From positions 1 to 64,000 of the forward strand of contig NIVC01003945.1 of assembly GCA_002269645.1 (NCBI GenBank): DNA of 64,000 nt. The letters are read 5' to 3'. This stretch comes from Macrostomum lignano (lineage: Eukaryota). A program made the position numbers and the translations under genes. The notes beneath the pieces are model-generated. The model was not told the origin of the DNA and ran no database searches. It saw nothing but the letters and a program-made list of their open reading frames with translations. This document shows positions 42,094-55,744 of this stretch, in pieces; positions within the stretch are counted from its first letter, which is position 1; every line of letters begins with the position of its first letter.

Positions 42094-42399
42094 GTAGTAT
42101 TACATGGGATAGAAAGCTTACTATGTATCCAAGATCGCTGGATGAGTGTCAAGGACAATCTCCAGCCAATCCAAGGCACCGACCAATGTTTGCCGTTGGT
42201 TTCGGATGTTCAACTGCTGAAATTTTGAATTAAAACCCACGCACTCCTCTTAGCGATATCCTGCGAAATCTGACAAAGAAGGCAGCTAACTTCAGCTCAA
42301 AACTGCGTGTTTAATATATTTTGAAGGTAAGAAGTTTTTCGGCGTATTTCCGTAATGAGTGAGCTTCTCGGTATCCATAGGCCAAGTCTGTTCAGGCCA

Positions 42400-42570
42400 T
42401 TTGGAGTTCCTGCATGCAAATGTGAAGTTTCATTTGGAGTTCCTGTATGCAAATTGTGGAGTTTCATTTGGAGTTCCTGTATGCAAATTGAGGAGTTTCA
42501 TTTGGAGTTCCTGTATGCAAATTGAGGAGTTTCATTTGGAGTTCCTGTATGCAAATTGTGGAGTTTCATA
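42400..42570 (+). repeat. 33-bp tandem repeat x~5
   Basis: tttcatttggagttcctgtatgcaaattg(t/a)ggag. Confidence 0.95.
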
Positions 42571-42573
42571 AAC

Positions 42574-42650
42574 AAGAATCGCCTGATACGAAGAGATGAG
42601 CCATAGACAGAGGCTGTGTATGGCTCATCTCCTCGTATCAGGCGATTCTT
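42574..42650. other. Near-perfect 37-bp-arm hairpin
   Basis: aagaatcgcctgatacgaagagatgagccatagacag-agg-ctgtgtatggctcatctcctcgtatcaggcgattctt, 2 mismatches. Confidence 0.95.
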
Positions 42651-43614
42651 TGTATGTAATCCACGGCATGTGCGACCTGAATATAACGCCTTATCTCCGC
42701 CGGAGATAATGAGTTATCTCCGCTATCCATGTCTATCCATCTCGTTGGTTTTTCTATGGTAGCAGAGTTACGCTACTGATTATCACCGCTCATTTAACAC
42801 TGGGGGAATAGACGAGGCGCACGTCTATAGACTTCGTAGATAGACGAATTTTGACGGAATTTTGTTTGCCCTCTTTACCAAGAACTATTGCCTCACCTTC
42901 CCACACAGGGGGTAACAAACGATCAAATCCTGGCCAAAAGCAAGTGGTTCGCTGAAGAGCTGACCTTTTTTAAGCCGCCGTTGTGTTTACCTTATCGACG
43001 GTCCTGGCTGAGATTTAGTTAGCAAGGATCGTCGCCAGTCGCCGGTAGTACGATAGTACATAAGCAGCCAAAGATTGGTGAAAATACGATTAGTCATCTA
43101 GACCAAAGGTGGTCTAAGTTCGCAAAAAAATTGCAAAAATCTGCAATGACCGATTGGCTTCTTTTAAAGATTTTCGCACCTGAAACTCCGGCGCTGCTGT
43201 GTCCGTAGTACGAAAGTCCGGGCTCTTGCACATGTTCCAGGTAACAGTGGCAACAGCCTACCATTCTTTTAGAGGTCTCGAGCGACGTTTCGCTATGTAG
43301 TGTTTCTGGACTTGACTGACGCTAACTTGCAACAAAGTGAGTCATCGTATGGAAGTCTTTTATTTTTATGTAAAACACTTGAAAACATTAAAACAGCATA
43401 ATACGCTTGCACAATTTCAAAGGCTAATTTGATTAAACTTCTGCATCCGCCTTATACTCGAGCGCATATTGTATTTGTTACCATTTTAAAAGTTCATGAC
43501 CCGAGTGAATGGTCGATTACATGCTAAATTTTACCGAACAAAGAAAGTAATGATAAAAACTAGGGAATAATAAGGTTATCTTTGTCTCAACCTAACATAT
43601 AACCCACAGTAGCC

Positions 43615-44102
43615 ATGAAGATCACTCTACTGCAAGCTGGTCGCACTGTACAGGAGGAGATCGTGTACTGCGTGCCTGACCAGTCGCAGCAGCAGCAGCA
43701 GCAGCAGCAGCAGCCAGCTCAGCAGCAGTCACTGCAAACCCAGCAGCAGCATCACGGAACTATTTCCAGGTCGATGCGCAACGCTTTCATCACTATCTCG
43801 TATGGGACAAGCGGCGGCAGCGGCGGCGGGTCGGGCCGACCTTCGAGCGCCGCTTCTCAACCGTCTAACGGTGGCAGCGACTTGCAGCCGCAGGACTGGC
43901 GGCGGGGCAGTCAGGAGAGTCTGCAGTGGCGACAGCCGATCGCCGCGATTCTAACCGGATCAGTCAGCGACGACTCTTCGGGCCGTCAGCCAATCGGATC
44001 GGAGTCAACAGATGACTCATCACCTGGTCAAGTGATGTTCCGCTCGATGCAAGCCGAACCGCCCGATCTGCTGCCGAGTGAGGCCGGCCAGTTCAGCCTC
44101 AT

Positions 44103-44144
<42 letters not shown>

Positions 44145-47100
44145 CGTAAGCGGTTAATCCTAAAGCTGCTGGATAAGATATGATGCCTAGATTAGTATAT
44201 GGTGCCTAGATCAGTGCAGATATGGTGCCTGGATTAGTACAGATATGGTGCCTAGATCAGTGCAGATATGGTACCTGGATCAGTACAGATATGCTGCCTG
44301 GATCAATACAGATATGGTGCCTAGATCAGTGCAGATATGGTACCTGGATCAGTATAGATATGGTACCTGGATCAGTATAGATATGGTACCTGGATCAGTA
44401 TAGATATGGTACCTGAATCAGTATAGATATGGTACCTGGATCAGTATAGATATGGTACCTGGATCAGTATAGATATAGTACCTGGATCAGTACAGGTATG
44501 GTCAGACATTAATTGAACGCGAGGTTTTCCCCTAGAAAATACGAGCCCCAAAGCAAATTGGTCAGCAACGGTTGAGGTTCTGGAAGGTCCACCCACAGTT
44601 TCCAATCCTCCCGCCGTCAGCGGAGCTGTTCAAGCTTTTCTTGAAAAAAGCAACACAACGAACAGCAGTTGAAAGATCAGTTTGGACTAACGATTCGTCC
44701 CATTCGCCGATACAAAGTGCAGATTTCCAAATGCTTCATCATCACTCAGCATCAGCGAGATCCTCGCAGCAGACCCCACCCCCCACTCTCTTGTCGGCTG
44801 CAAGTCTGCAACTGGAAGAATGGAGCGAACTGGGAAAAGTGATGGCTAGCAAACCCTCCCTGCCTCCCCTGTCTCTCCCCAGAATGAATGGGAGAAAAGA
44901 GATACCAGAGAGGCTATCTTTGCTTAGCTGCAGTTTCCTGCGACGAATTCCAGCCTGCTGCCCCATGCTTTCGACGCATTTGTGAAAACATTTGACAGCA
45001 GCAACCGATACATTTTAGTAGACGTTTCTATAGGGAAATCGGTTCTGCTCAGGATGACCGCTATGCAGATGAGGATACAACCAGTATCATCATTGATTCT
45101 ATTGCACTCTGCCCGCACCGTTGCACAGTTTTGTAGTTACATTCGCTTAGCCAACCTCAGGTACCGCATTACCTCCTGGATATCCGCATAAGTCTGCAAA
45201 TTAAGGAAAATTTTTAACACCTCTGTTGCGTATTCGATCTGCTGACAATATAGTCTATAATTCTAAGCTTACTCATTTAGTCTGTTTCTTAGGGACTCAA
45301 TACGACTGTACCCTTTCTTTTGTGTTAAAAATCGATAACCTACAGAAAGTGCATTTCTCGACTCCTTCCCAGTCTCATCCTTTTTTCGAGGAACAACAAC
45401 TTCTATGGTAATTTGCTGTTGTAGCAGGACTGAGAACCATCTCTCAGTCCCCACGAGGCCGGAGAAATAGTTCTCCGTCCTGCTACAGTTGTATTAAACA
45501 AACGCAAACTAACAAAACTAACAACAACACGAAGTTCAACATAGTAAGGAATACTCGTAGAAGCGTCTTGTAAGCACTCACTCAAAAAAGGATTGCAACA
45601 GGGTTGGTGCTACCATTGATGTTATACTTTTCTTACTCGTATAAAAGAATGCAAGCGCACAACAAGCCGCTGCGGCCAAAAAAAAACATTTTAATCCCAA
45701 TCGGCCGGGTTCTTCGTCTTCATGTTCTGCTTCTACAAACGTAACACCCTGGGTAAGCAAGAAGTGGTATACTCCAATGACGCTGCTGGGTTTCGGACTC
45801 AGAATTGTCTCTTAAGTACGCTCGTACTATAAGAGAATGCAGTTCTACTTGTTGGCTTCAAGCAAGCGGAGACAATCCAAGGCTGTACTTTTGGCAACGT
45901 GCGTAGACGCAGCCTTTGATCTGATTGAGGAGCTTTCAAAGCCCTGAGACGGCTCCAAAGATGAGGTGACTTACGAGAAGGATATTGGAACCGCACTGAT
46001 TGCGCACTTCAAGAACTCAGTTGTCTTATAAAGTTCCTGACAAAGGGCCCGAACTTTGCGCCTGTCTGTAAGCTTGACCAAGAAAACTTCCCCTCCAATG
46101 CACTCTAGTCCCTAGCTATGTGGGCAACAGGAAATTACAAACACACGAATACGCGATCACACTATTTTGTCTGTTGAATGCAAAGCCGAGTAAGAAGAAT
46201 CGAAGCCATCTGTAGAAGAAGGCGCGATCTGCCATTGCCTGAGCGAGGCTTGTTGCAGGAGCAGGCGGCGTTCGTACAATCTGGGAATAAATCGAAAAAT
46301 GTGGCTAACGTTGGATTTTCTAAGCAAAACAGCTTTTTTGTCCCCAGCCGCCTGCACTTTGCCTGTACCAGTCGGGCGCCGCCATCATTATTTTCCTGGC
46401 TGTCGCCCGCCATTTTCCGTGTCCATTCTGATTGCATGCGGCTTCGGGCGCCGTGGCCCCCGCGCGCAGTTCCCATGGTCTGGGGGGAAGCGGCGGAAAA
46501 GGTCACGCAGTCTGCGCTCGCCGGAGGGGAATTCACGACTGCATCGCAGCAGAGGGGGCGGGACGAGTCTCCATCGGACACAGGCGTCACAGGCCTGTAG
46601 TGAAATTAATTATGTACTGCAGTTCTTGAATCCAGGAAAAAACGAAAAAAAACAAAACAAAAAAGCCTGCTTCATCCCAAGCCCCAGATTCGTTAAATTC
46701 AAAGGAGGAGTTTCAGATTCGAATAAATTTCAGATTAAGCTTGGGAAGACATTTTTTATTACTTTTACCGCAAAGCTTGAAACGAAAAATAACTTAAAGG
46801 CCCAGGCATCAAATTTACCAGAAAATGTGTATTGTCATGGAATTACTTGACAATTTAGCACTATTATAACTTTAATAACATCATAGAAAGTTACAGAAAG
46901 TGGTAGGAAATGAATCTCGCGAGTAAATTTGTGTGTGGAACGTTCCAGAATCCAGACCAAAGACTAGTTAGACCTTGAGCTATGCTAGGGGACAGATGCA
47001 GGTTTTACACCAACTCTCATGCCCCGATCGCACAGTCCACAGCTGGCGCTGTTCACTCTAACAGCATCGTGGTCCGGCCGACTCCTTGTCGACCGGCCGC

Positions 47101-49524
47101 CTCCACGTCGGAGCTGGCCGCGCCGACCGCCGTCACCAGCGCTCGCCGGCATTCAACAGCATCGGCTGCCTCAGTTGTGGGCAGAGCCGCACCGAATGGC
47201 CATGCGGTCGTTGCCTGCGGCAGCGACAGCGGCCTGAGCCAGGAGGAGCCGTCAGCGGTCTGCGGCTACTCGAGCGACTGCTGCTGCGCCACGTCGTCCT
47301 TTCCCAGCGGCGCCGGCGTCATCAAGGGAGGAGAGAAATTCGTTCAGCTGCGCCAGCTGCGTGAGAGAGAATCCGAACTGGCGATGCTCAGGCGCACCAT
47401 GGAGCAGAATGAGGCCGCCCTGATGCGCGTGTTTGAGGAGAGGCGAACGGAGCTGGAGAATCGGGTGAGTTACTGAGTGAATGAGTTACTGAATGAATGA
47501 GTTACTAAATGAATGAGTTACTGAATGAATGAGTTACTGAATGAATGAGTTACTGAATGAATGAGTTACTGAATGAATGAGTTACTGAATGAATGAGTTA
47601 CTGAATGAATGAGTTACTGAGTGAATGAGTTACTGAGTGAATGAGTTACTGAATGAATGAGTTACTGAGTGAATGAGTTACTGAGTGAATGAGTTACTGA
47701 GTGAATGAGTTACTGAGTGAATGAGTTACTGAATGAATGAGTTACTGAGTTACTGAGTGGATGAGTGAATGAGTTACTGAGTGGATGAGTTACTGAGTGG
47801 ATGAGTTACTGAGTGAATGAGTTACTGAGTTACTGACTGGATGAGTGAATGAGTTACTGAATGAATGAGTTACTGAGTGAATGAGTTACTGAGTGAATGA
47901 GTTACTGAGTTACTGAGTGGATGAGTGAATGAGTTACTGAGTGAATGAGTTACTGAGTTACTGAGTGGATGAGTGAATGAGTTACTGAGTGGATGAATTA
48001 CTGAGTGGTTGAGTTCTTAAGTGGAGATGAATTTGAGTTAACGCGATGCTTAGTGTACGAGTTGCATAGTCGGTGAGTTACTGAGAAGACTCTAGTATTT
48101 TCTGAGTAGTTTCCAAGATTTCTAGTGACAGGAAGCAAAAGTGCTTCGGTTGACCAAAGCTTTTTACACAAATGGCATTCAGAAGTGTGCAACTGCGTTG
48201 GGCCACTTCTGGACAATTCGTACGAATTTATTGCTTATCAACCTGGGGGGGGGCAATAAACTGTTTATACTTCGAAGAGCTCTCTGGAGGATTTGCCTGA
48301 CGAGATAACGCCACGCGGCGCCAACTCTCTTTCGGCACCAAGTCGCCTGTCAAAGCTGCCTCTGCGTAAATATCTGGGCGCCAGAATGCCTGTAGCTTCG
48401 TGGAGAGTGCAAACTTGAATGCAAACTTTGTCACTGAGGTTTCTACAAGAAGCACGGGGGTCGACAGAACTGCTATTGGAATCAAATTTGGCGTCAAATC
48501 GATGTTGCTATAATAATGCCGATTCCTGTCTGTGGGGAAACCCAGATTGTGGCACAGAGTGTGCACATGCCTGGCGATGAGATCCGCATGCCTTCTGTCT
48601 GGCAGCGGGCCAACTGCCTCTCTGATTTGTCTAGTAACCCGTCGTTTTTCTTCTCTACGAGATTCTGCGGCAGAATTCTCTCCCGAACCCTCTAAAATCT
48701 CGCCGCCCAGCTCCGCGCCGAGCTGTCGCTGAACTCGCGCCTCGCTCCGGGACTGTCGCAGGCCAACCGGCGCGTCCGCCAGTGCGAGCAGGTCATCGCT
48801 GACCTGCGCCTACAGGCGCAGCTGCAGTCTGGCGAGCTGCGGGCCGGACGCAGCCGAAACCGCCGGCTGGAGGCGGAGCTGGCGGCCCAGACGGAGCGGG
48901 CGAGCGGCCTGGAGGCGGCTCTGGCAGCGTCCAACGAGTCGCTGGAGGCCGCCACGCGGGAGGTGCATCGACTTCGCCAGCAGCTGCCCACGGCTCCGGC
49001 GGCTGAGCGAGCCTGCCAGACCGAGGATTCCGCCAGTGTCGAGTCGACGACTGCGGCGACAGCGGCTGCTGAGGCGGAGGTGGAAGCGGCGCAGTCGAAA
49101 CTTGAAGAAACTCGGAAACTTTTGCTGCTTGCGGAAGAGCGAAGCAGAGAGCAGGTGAGACTAGCGATAGAATGGTGATGGGGAGACAGGGAGAAATAGG
49201 GGAAGCTGGAGGGGGATGGAGAAGAGAGGGATGTTCTTCTGAAGGTTCGTTAAAGCAAGCCGAGGTGTCTGACGAGCTGTTTTTCCACAGCACAGCAATT
49301 GTCATCGCAAGAAACTCCCGCGAAAAACCGCTCCACAGGAAGCCAGCTTCCAGATGGAAAGATCCCAGTGGCTCGAGGAGAAATCCAAGGTGATCGGCTA
49401 CCAGCGACAGCTTCAGGCAAACCAGAAACAACTTGTTGCAACTTGCCGACACCTGGAAGGCGAGGTGGCTCGCCTCACCGAGCTGCTGGAGTCGGGAATG
49501 AGTCCGCAGCTGCAAGGGAAGTAG
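43615..49524 (+). CDS. LZTS/Fez1-family coiled-coil protein (spliced)
   Basis: Gln-rich first exon 43615-44145; exon ~47036-47464 (VVRPTPCRP; RERESELAMLRRTMEQNE); 48711-49154 coiled coil; 49339-49524 with FQMERSQWLEEKSKVIGYQRQLQ (Fez1 signature). The 5' exons are less certain. Confidence 0.82.
44185..44500 (+). repeat. 23-bp minisatellite
   Basis: gatcagtatagatatggtacctg. Confidence 0.95.
45960..46110 (+). mobile_element. Possible Penelope-like element N-terminal relic
   Basis: WNRTDCALQELSCLIKFLTKGPNFAP resembles the LxKGxNFAP motif upstream of Penelope RT. Confidence 0.35.
47465..48005 (+). repeat. 16-bp minisatellite starting at the splice donor
   Basis: gtgagttactga(g/a)tgaat units; the first unit contains the donor at 47465. 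Confidence 0.96.
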
Positions 49525-49624
49525 CCGCTGGGACGGGATGACATTCAAGCTGAACTTTGCGTTTGAATTTGTGCCAGTTGATGTTGCAGCAGATGATTTA
49601 TCAGTGCACCGCCAGCTGAGGGCT

Positions 49625-51250
49625 GAGGAGGGGCAGGTGTCCACCAACTGTGACTGAGGAGGAGGGGCAGGTGTCCACCAACTGTGACTGAGGAGGAGGG
49701 GCAGGTGTCCACCAACTGTGACTGAGAAGGAGGGGCAGGTGTCCACCAACTGAGGACTAAGGAGGAGGAGGGCAGGTGTCCACCAACTGAGGACTAAGGA
49801 GGAGGGGCAGGTGTCCACCAGCTGTGACTGAGGAGGAGGGGCAGGTGTCCACCAACTGTGACTGAGGAGGAGGGGCAGGTGTCCACCAACTGAGGACTAA
49901 GGAGGAGGAGGGCAGGTGTCCACCAACTGAGGACTAAGGAGGAGGAGGGCAGGTGTCCACCAACTGAGGACTAAGGAGGAGGAGGGCAGGTGTCCACCAA
50001 CTGAGGGCTAAGGAGGAGGGGCAGGTGTCCACCAGCTGTGACTGAGGAGGAGGGGCAGGTGTCCACCAACTGAGGACTAAGGAGGAGGGGCAGGTGTCCA
50101 CCAACTGAGGACTAAGGAGGAGGGGCAGGTGTCCACCAACTGAGGACTAAGGAGGAGGAGGGCAGGTGTCCACCAACTGAGGACTAAGGAGGAGGGGCAG
50201 GTGTCCACCAGCTGTGACTGAGGAGGAGGGGCAGGTGTCCACCAACTGAGGACTAAGGAGGAGGGGCAGGTGTCCACCAACTGAGGACTAAGGAGGAGGA
50301 GGGCAGGTGTCCACCAACTGAGGACTAAGGAGGAGGGGCAGGTGTCCACCAGCTGTGACTGAGGAGGAGGGGCAGGTGTCCACCAACTGAGGACTAAGGA
50401 GGAGGGGCAGGTGTCCACCAACTGAGGACTAAGGAGGAGGAGGGCAGGTGTCCACCAACTGAGGACTAAGGAGGAGGAGGGCAGGTGTCCACCAACTGAG
50501 GACTAAGGAGGAGGAGGGCAGGTGTCCACCAACTGAGGACTAAGGAGGAGGAGGGCAGGTGTCCACCAACTGTGACTGAGGAGGAGGGGCAGGTGTCCAC
50601 CAACTGAGGACTAAGGAGGAGGAGGGCAGGTGTCCACCAACTGAGGACTAAGGAGGAGGAGGGCAGGTGTCCACCAACTGAGGACTAAGGAGGAGGAGGG
50701 CAGGTGTCCACCAACTGAGGACTAAGGAGGAGGGGCAGGTGTCCACCAGCTGTGACTGAGGAGGAGGGGCAGGTGTCCACCAACTGAGGACTAAGGAGGA
50801 GGGGCAGGTGTCCACCAACTGAGGACTAAGGAGGAGGAGGGCAGGTGTCCACCAACTGAGGACTAAGGAGGAGGAGGGCAGGTGTCCACCAGCTGTGACT
50901 GAGGAGGAGGGGCAGGTGTCCACCAACTGAGGACTAAGGAGGAGGGGCAGGTGTCCACCAACTGAGGACTAAGGAGGAGGAGGGCAGGTGTCCACCAACT
51001 GAGGACTAAGGAGGAGGAGGGCAGGTGTCCACCAACTGAGGACTAAGGAGGAGGGGCAGGTGTCCACCAGCTGTGACTGAGGAGGAGGGGCAGGTGTCCA
51101 CCAACTGAGGACTAAGGAGGAGGGGCAGGTGTCCACCAACTGAGGACTAAGGAGGAGGGGCAGGTGTCCACCAACTGAGGACTAAGGAGGAGGGGCAGGT
51201 GTCCACCAGCTGTGACTGAGGAGGAGGGGCAGGTGTCCACCAGCTGAGGA
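49625..51250 (+). repeat. 30-33-bp purine-rich minisatellite (~50 units)
   Basis: gaggaggagggcaggtgtccaccaactgaggactaag and tgtgact variants. Confidence 0.97.
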
Positions 51251-51570
51251 CCGAGGGTGTAGAAGTTCCACAAAGTTTCAAGGTACGATCTTATCAATTG
51301 ATAGTTCATAAACTTTCGACCAGAGCCATACGCGTCAAAACTTTCTAAATGTTGTAATTCAACTTTCGAGCCTCGAGTTGATTCAAAGCAAAACTGGAAG
51401 GCAGGCTGCAGTTGAAAAAAAGCTTTGCTTTTGTATTAATATACATGTTCGTTAATTAACACAGACTTGCTTTCTCGGTTATTTGTTTATTTAAAGTACT
51501 GCTTTAAAATGTGAACTGTTATAATATTCTTTATTATCCCACAACCCACCCTTCAGGTCTGCCCTAGTCT

Positions 51571-51990
51571 CAATACCCATCCCAATACCCATCCCAATAC
51601 CCATCCCAATAACCATCCCAATACCCATCCCAATAACCATCCCAATACCCCTCCCAATACCCATCCCAATACCCATCCCAATACCCATCTCAATACCCAT
51701 CCCAATACCCATCCCAATACCCATCCGAATAACCATCCCAATACCCATCCCAATAACCATCCCAATACCCATCCTAATACCCATCCTAATACCCATCCCA
51801 ATACCCATCCCAATACCCATCCCAATACCCATCCCAATACCCATCCCAATACCCATCCCAATACCCATCCCAATACCCATCCCAATACCCATCCCAATAC
51901 CCATCCCAATACCCATCCCAATACCCATCCCAATACCCATCCCAATACCCATCCCAATACCCATCTCAATACCTATCCCAATACCCATCT
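51571..51990 (+). repeat. 12-bp minisatellite
   Basis: cccaatacccat. Confidence 0.98.
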
Positions 51991-52604
51991 ACATCAATAA
52001 CTTTGGAAGTAATTGTAGTTGTGCAATTTCAAGAAAACCGATAAAGCTTATCGATGGAAGAGCTAATAATCAAGTGTGATATTAAAAGCATTTGCTAAAA
52101 TTAAAAGTTCACGCGGAATCGGAATGTACACGGTACATGCAGCAGTGAATGCGCTGTAAGAGCTAACAGTTAACAGGTGATAAAGCAAACAGTCAGTCGG
52201 CAAGGAAATGCACTGCAACACACAGATACAGCACTTGAAAAGACACGGAATTGTGTAAAAGCATTTACAGAAAATTTCTTCATTCATACAATTATTGTTG
52301 GCAGTTGTGCACAATAAATGAATCGAAAAACTTCTGCACAAAATTGATGGATTAAAAATCGGTGCCAAAAGTATCAAATAAACTTTTGAAAACAAAATTC
52401 AAATATATTACACGGGAGAGGCACCTCAGCACGCGCGCGGGAAGTTTTTGTTCGTTTGTTAAAATGCAGAGAAATTCCGGAAAGTTCCGGTTAAGGCTAA
52501 TATGGGTAGTTCAGGGACTCGCTGGACTGCTGGGAATGCTCATCTCGGCTGCGCATGCTGAGAACCCTCTGCGGCCTGGATATGAGGTTCAGTTTGAGGC
52601 TTAG

Positions 52605-52885
52605 TGGCAGTTCAGGGTAGATTGGTTGGGAGTTCAGGGTAGATTGGTTGGCAGTTCAGGGTAAATAGATTGGCAGTTCAGGGTAAATAGATTGGCAGTT
52701 TAGGGTAGATTGGATCGGAAGTTCAGGTTAAATTGGATTGGCAGTTCAGGGTAGATTGGATTGGCAGTTCAGGGTAGATTGATTGGCAGTTCAGGGTAGA
52801 TTGATTGGCAGTTCAGGGTAGATTGATTGGCAGTTCAGGGTAGATAGATCGGAAGTTCAGGACAGATAGATCGGCAGTTCAGGGT
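52605..52885 (+). repeat. ~21-bp minisatellite just downstream of the KLF stop
   Basis: ggcagttcagggtagattgatt and variants. Confidence 0.93.
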
Positions 52886-52914
52886 AGATTGGCTGGTAGT
52901 TCAGGGCGCTCAAC

Positions 52915-54761
52915 TCACCCCGCATTTCTATGCTTCCGACCGTGCAGTGCCAGGTGGTCGGATCTGGAGAAGCCGCGGCCGCAGATGCCACAGCGGAACG
53001 GCCGCTCGCCAGTGTGGCGCCGCCGGTGCCTCGTCAGCTCGTCGGAGCGGGCGAAGCGCCAGCGGCAGCCGGGCCAGGCGCAGGCGTACGGCTTTTCCCC
53101 GGTGTGGGTCCTCTCGTGCGACCGCAGGTGCGACAGTTTGGCGTAGGCCCGGCCGCAGCCCGGCGCGAAGCAGACGTGCCGAGCTGTCGAACAAGTCGAA
53201 GACGCAGCGGATGCTTCGCCGCTGCTTTTCTCACTGCGCCGACGCCAGCGCTGACGCCCGGGACTGCGCAGATGCGGGGGCGAGGAGACGGGAGAAGTCG
53301 GAGTTGGTAGCAGCGAAGGTGGCGGCAGCGGTGGCGGTGGTGGAGGATGCATTCCAGAGTTGCACGCGGTCGCGGAGTGCTCCAGGATGAAGTCGAGGTC
53401 CAGCAGGGACTCCCAGACCGGCCAGCAGCAGTCGTCGAGGCTGGCGCAGGGCTGCGGCTGCAGTTCCAGCGGCGGTGGCGACGGTAGCGGCGGCAGCGAC
53501 AGTGACGCCTGCGAGCTGGCTGCGACTGTCTGAAGGGCAAAGTGGCATGCAATCGGTGCAGATCCTTGGATGTTCTTACCAGACTGACTCAATGAGAGAA
53601 ATAGACCCAAAGCAGAGCAAACTAGATCAGACAAGACTCATAGTATCAAAACAAACTTGAATGATGAGACCAGACTCAAGATATCTGAAAAGACGCGAAG
53701 GATCAGACCAGACTCAAAGGATCAGACCAGATCAGACCAGACTCAAAGGTTCAGACCAGACCCAAAGGATCAGGCCAGACTCAAAGGTTCAGACCAGACT
53801 CAAAGGATCAGGCCAGACTCAAAGGTTCAGACCAGACTCAAAGGTTCAGACCAGACTCAAAGGATCAGACCAGACTCAAAGGTTCAGACCAGACTCAAAG
53901 GTTCAGACCAGACTCAAAGGATCAGACCAGATCAGACCAGACTCAAAGGATCAGACCAGACTCAAAGGATCAGACCAGACTCAAAGGTTCAGACCAGACT
54001 CAAAGGATCAGACCAGACTCAAAGGATCAGACCAGACTCAAAGGTTCAGACCAGACTCAAAGGATCAGACCAGACTCAAAGGATCAGACCAGACTCAAAG
54101 GTTCAGACCAGACTCAAAGGATCAGACCAGATCAGACCAGACTCAAAGGTTCAGACCAGACTCAAAGGATCAGACCAGACTCAAAGGTTCAGACCAGACT
54201 CAAAGGTTCAGACCAGACTCAAAGGATCAGACCAGACTCAAAGGTTCAGACCAGACTCAAAGGATCAGACCAGACTCAAAGGATCAGACCAGACTCAAAG
54301 GTTCAGACCAGACTCAAAGGATCAGACCAGATCAGACCAGACTCAAAGGTTCAGACCAGACTCAAAGGATCAGACCAGACTCAAAGGTTCAGACCAGACT
54401 CAAAGGTTCAGACCAGACTCAAAGGATCAGACCAGACTCAAAGGTTCAGACCAGACTCAAAGGATCAGACCAGACTCAAAGTATCAGACCAGATCAGACC
54501 AGACTCAAAGGATCAGACCAGACTCAAAGGATCAGACCAGACTCAAAGGTTCAGACCAGACTCAAAGGTTCAGACCAGACTCAAAGGATCAGACCAGACT
54601 CAAAGTATCAGACCAGATCAGACCAGACTCAGGCCGAAAGACAACGCTAATTAATGTTTAACCTCAGATCGCTGAGTTGCATTCCTTCCGGTGTCCACTT
54701 CCGGGAGCTGCAGGGGGCCGTCCGCAAACAGGCTGTCTCTGCAGTAGTCGTGGTAGATCAT
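52915..54761 (-). CDS. Kruppel-like factor (KLF1/2/4-like), 2 exons, about 237 aa
   Basis: Three C2H2 fingers with HTGEKPY and [10 protein letters not shown]; [10 protein letters not shown] activation motif. Predicted exons 54761-54663 ([12 protein letters not shown]..., weak GTTAAA donor) and 53529-52915, phase 0. Confidence 0.93.
53700..54631 (+). repeat. 19-bp minisatellite with periodic 10-bp inserts (KLF intron)
   Basis: tcagaccagactcaaagg(a/t). Confidence 0.97.
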
Positions 54762-55744
54762 TGCTGAGCAGTTGAGAACCTTACTGTAAATTGACTCCGG
54801 TTGCAGTAAAGACCAACCATACGCATTCGGAAGGACAGCTCAGCGTCGGTTTAGTTTTGCGTTATCGCGCGCTCTCGCAGTTACCAAGAATTGTAGCAAA
54901 TTTCTCGCACAGCCTATTATTTATTGCGCTGGGCGTTGCTCGCCGCTCCGACCCTCAGACGTGTAGTGGAATTCCCGCGCAGTGTGCGACCCAGACTGTA
55001 CATTGAGAATAAGTGTACGATGGCGGCGCCTAGCCCCAGCTGTATTGCTGTTGTTACTAAAAATAGTTTTTTGAGACTGGCGTAGCAATAAATGCAAATG
55101 CGTGTGGCGGTCGGCAGCCATAAATGGAACGCTGAGTGTGCCAGTCTAAATTTAGAAACAAACTTTCTATTTAATTTAGGTCGAAAGCGTGCTCAAATAT
55201 TTAATGAGATTAGCTGGATTAATAGCTTCGTCGCTTCGATCCCTTCGTCTCTCGGGATTTAATCACATACCGACCTCAAACCCATAGAATGTCTGATTTA
55301 AACTACTTTAATTTTGCTGGATGTATTCACATAAATCCCGGAGCCATACTTGTATGTCTATGGTTGAAGTTGGGGATGGGGGTGTGGAAGCGAAGCCCCT
55401 GCTGGGGGTGTGGGGGCATTCTTACCATAGACAAAATTTCATTAAGAAATTTCTCGAGTCACGAAGGAAGAGAAGAGAGAAGCTCGCTTATTTAGATACA
55501 TACAATAATCCTTGCAATATGTCCGGGAAAGTGATCGATTGAATCCCGCAAAATAAAATCTATGTCAATAACCTCCCTGAAAGTGAGCTTTAATGTGGTT
55601 TAAAAATAGAGAATTATATTGTAAGATTGTCTAACTTCTAAGTTAACCGCATTAATGGCAGGAGTTCGTATGAGTAGCTCTGATTTAATTAAATGATGTG
55701 TGTACTCCAGATAATACATAATATAATACGTTAGCTGAATCAAC

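Noticed and set aside
48793-51988. Minus-strand ORFs with DTCPSS/WWTPA and MGIG/WVLG repeats
   Set aside because: They derive from the 30-33-bp and 12-bp satellites and partly overlap real LZTS-like exons on the opposite strand.
53657-54661. Two ~330-aa ATG-initiated repeat ORFs
   Set aside because: They are products of the 19-bp array that lies antisense within the predicted KLF intron.
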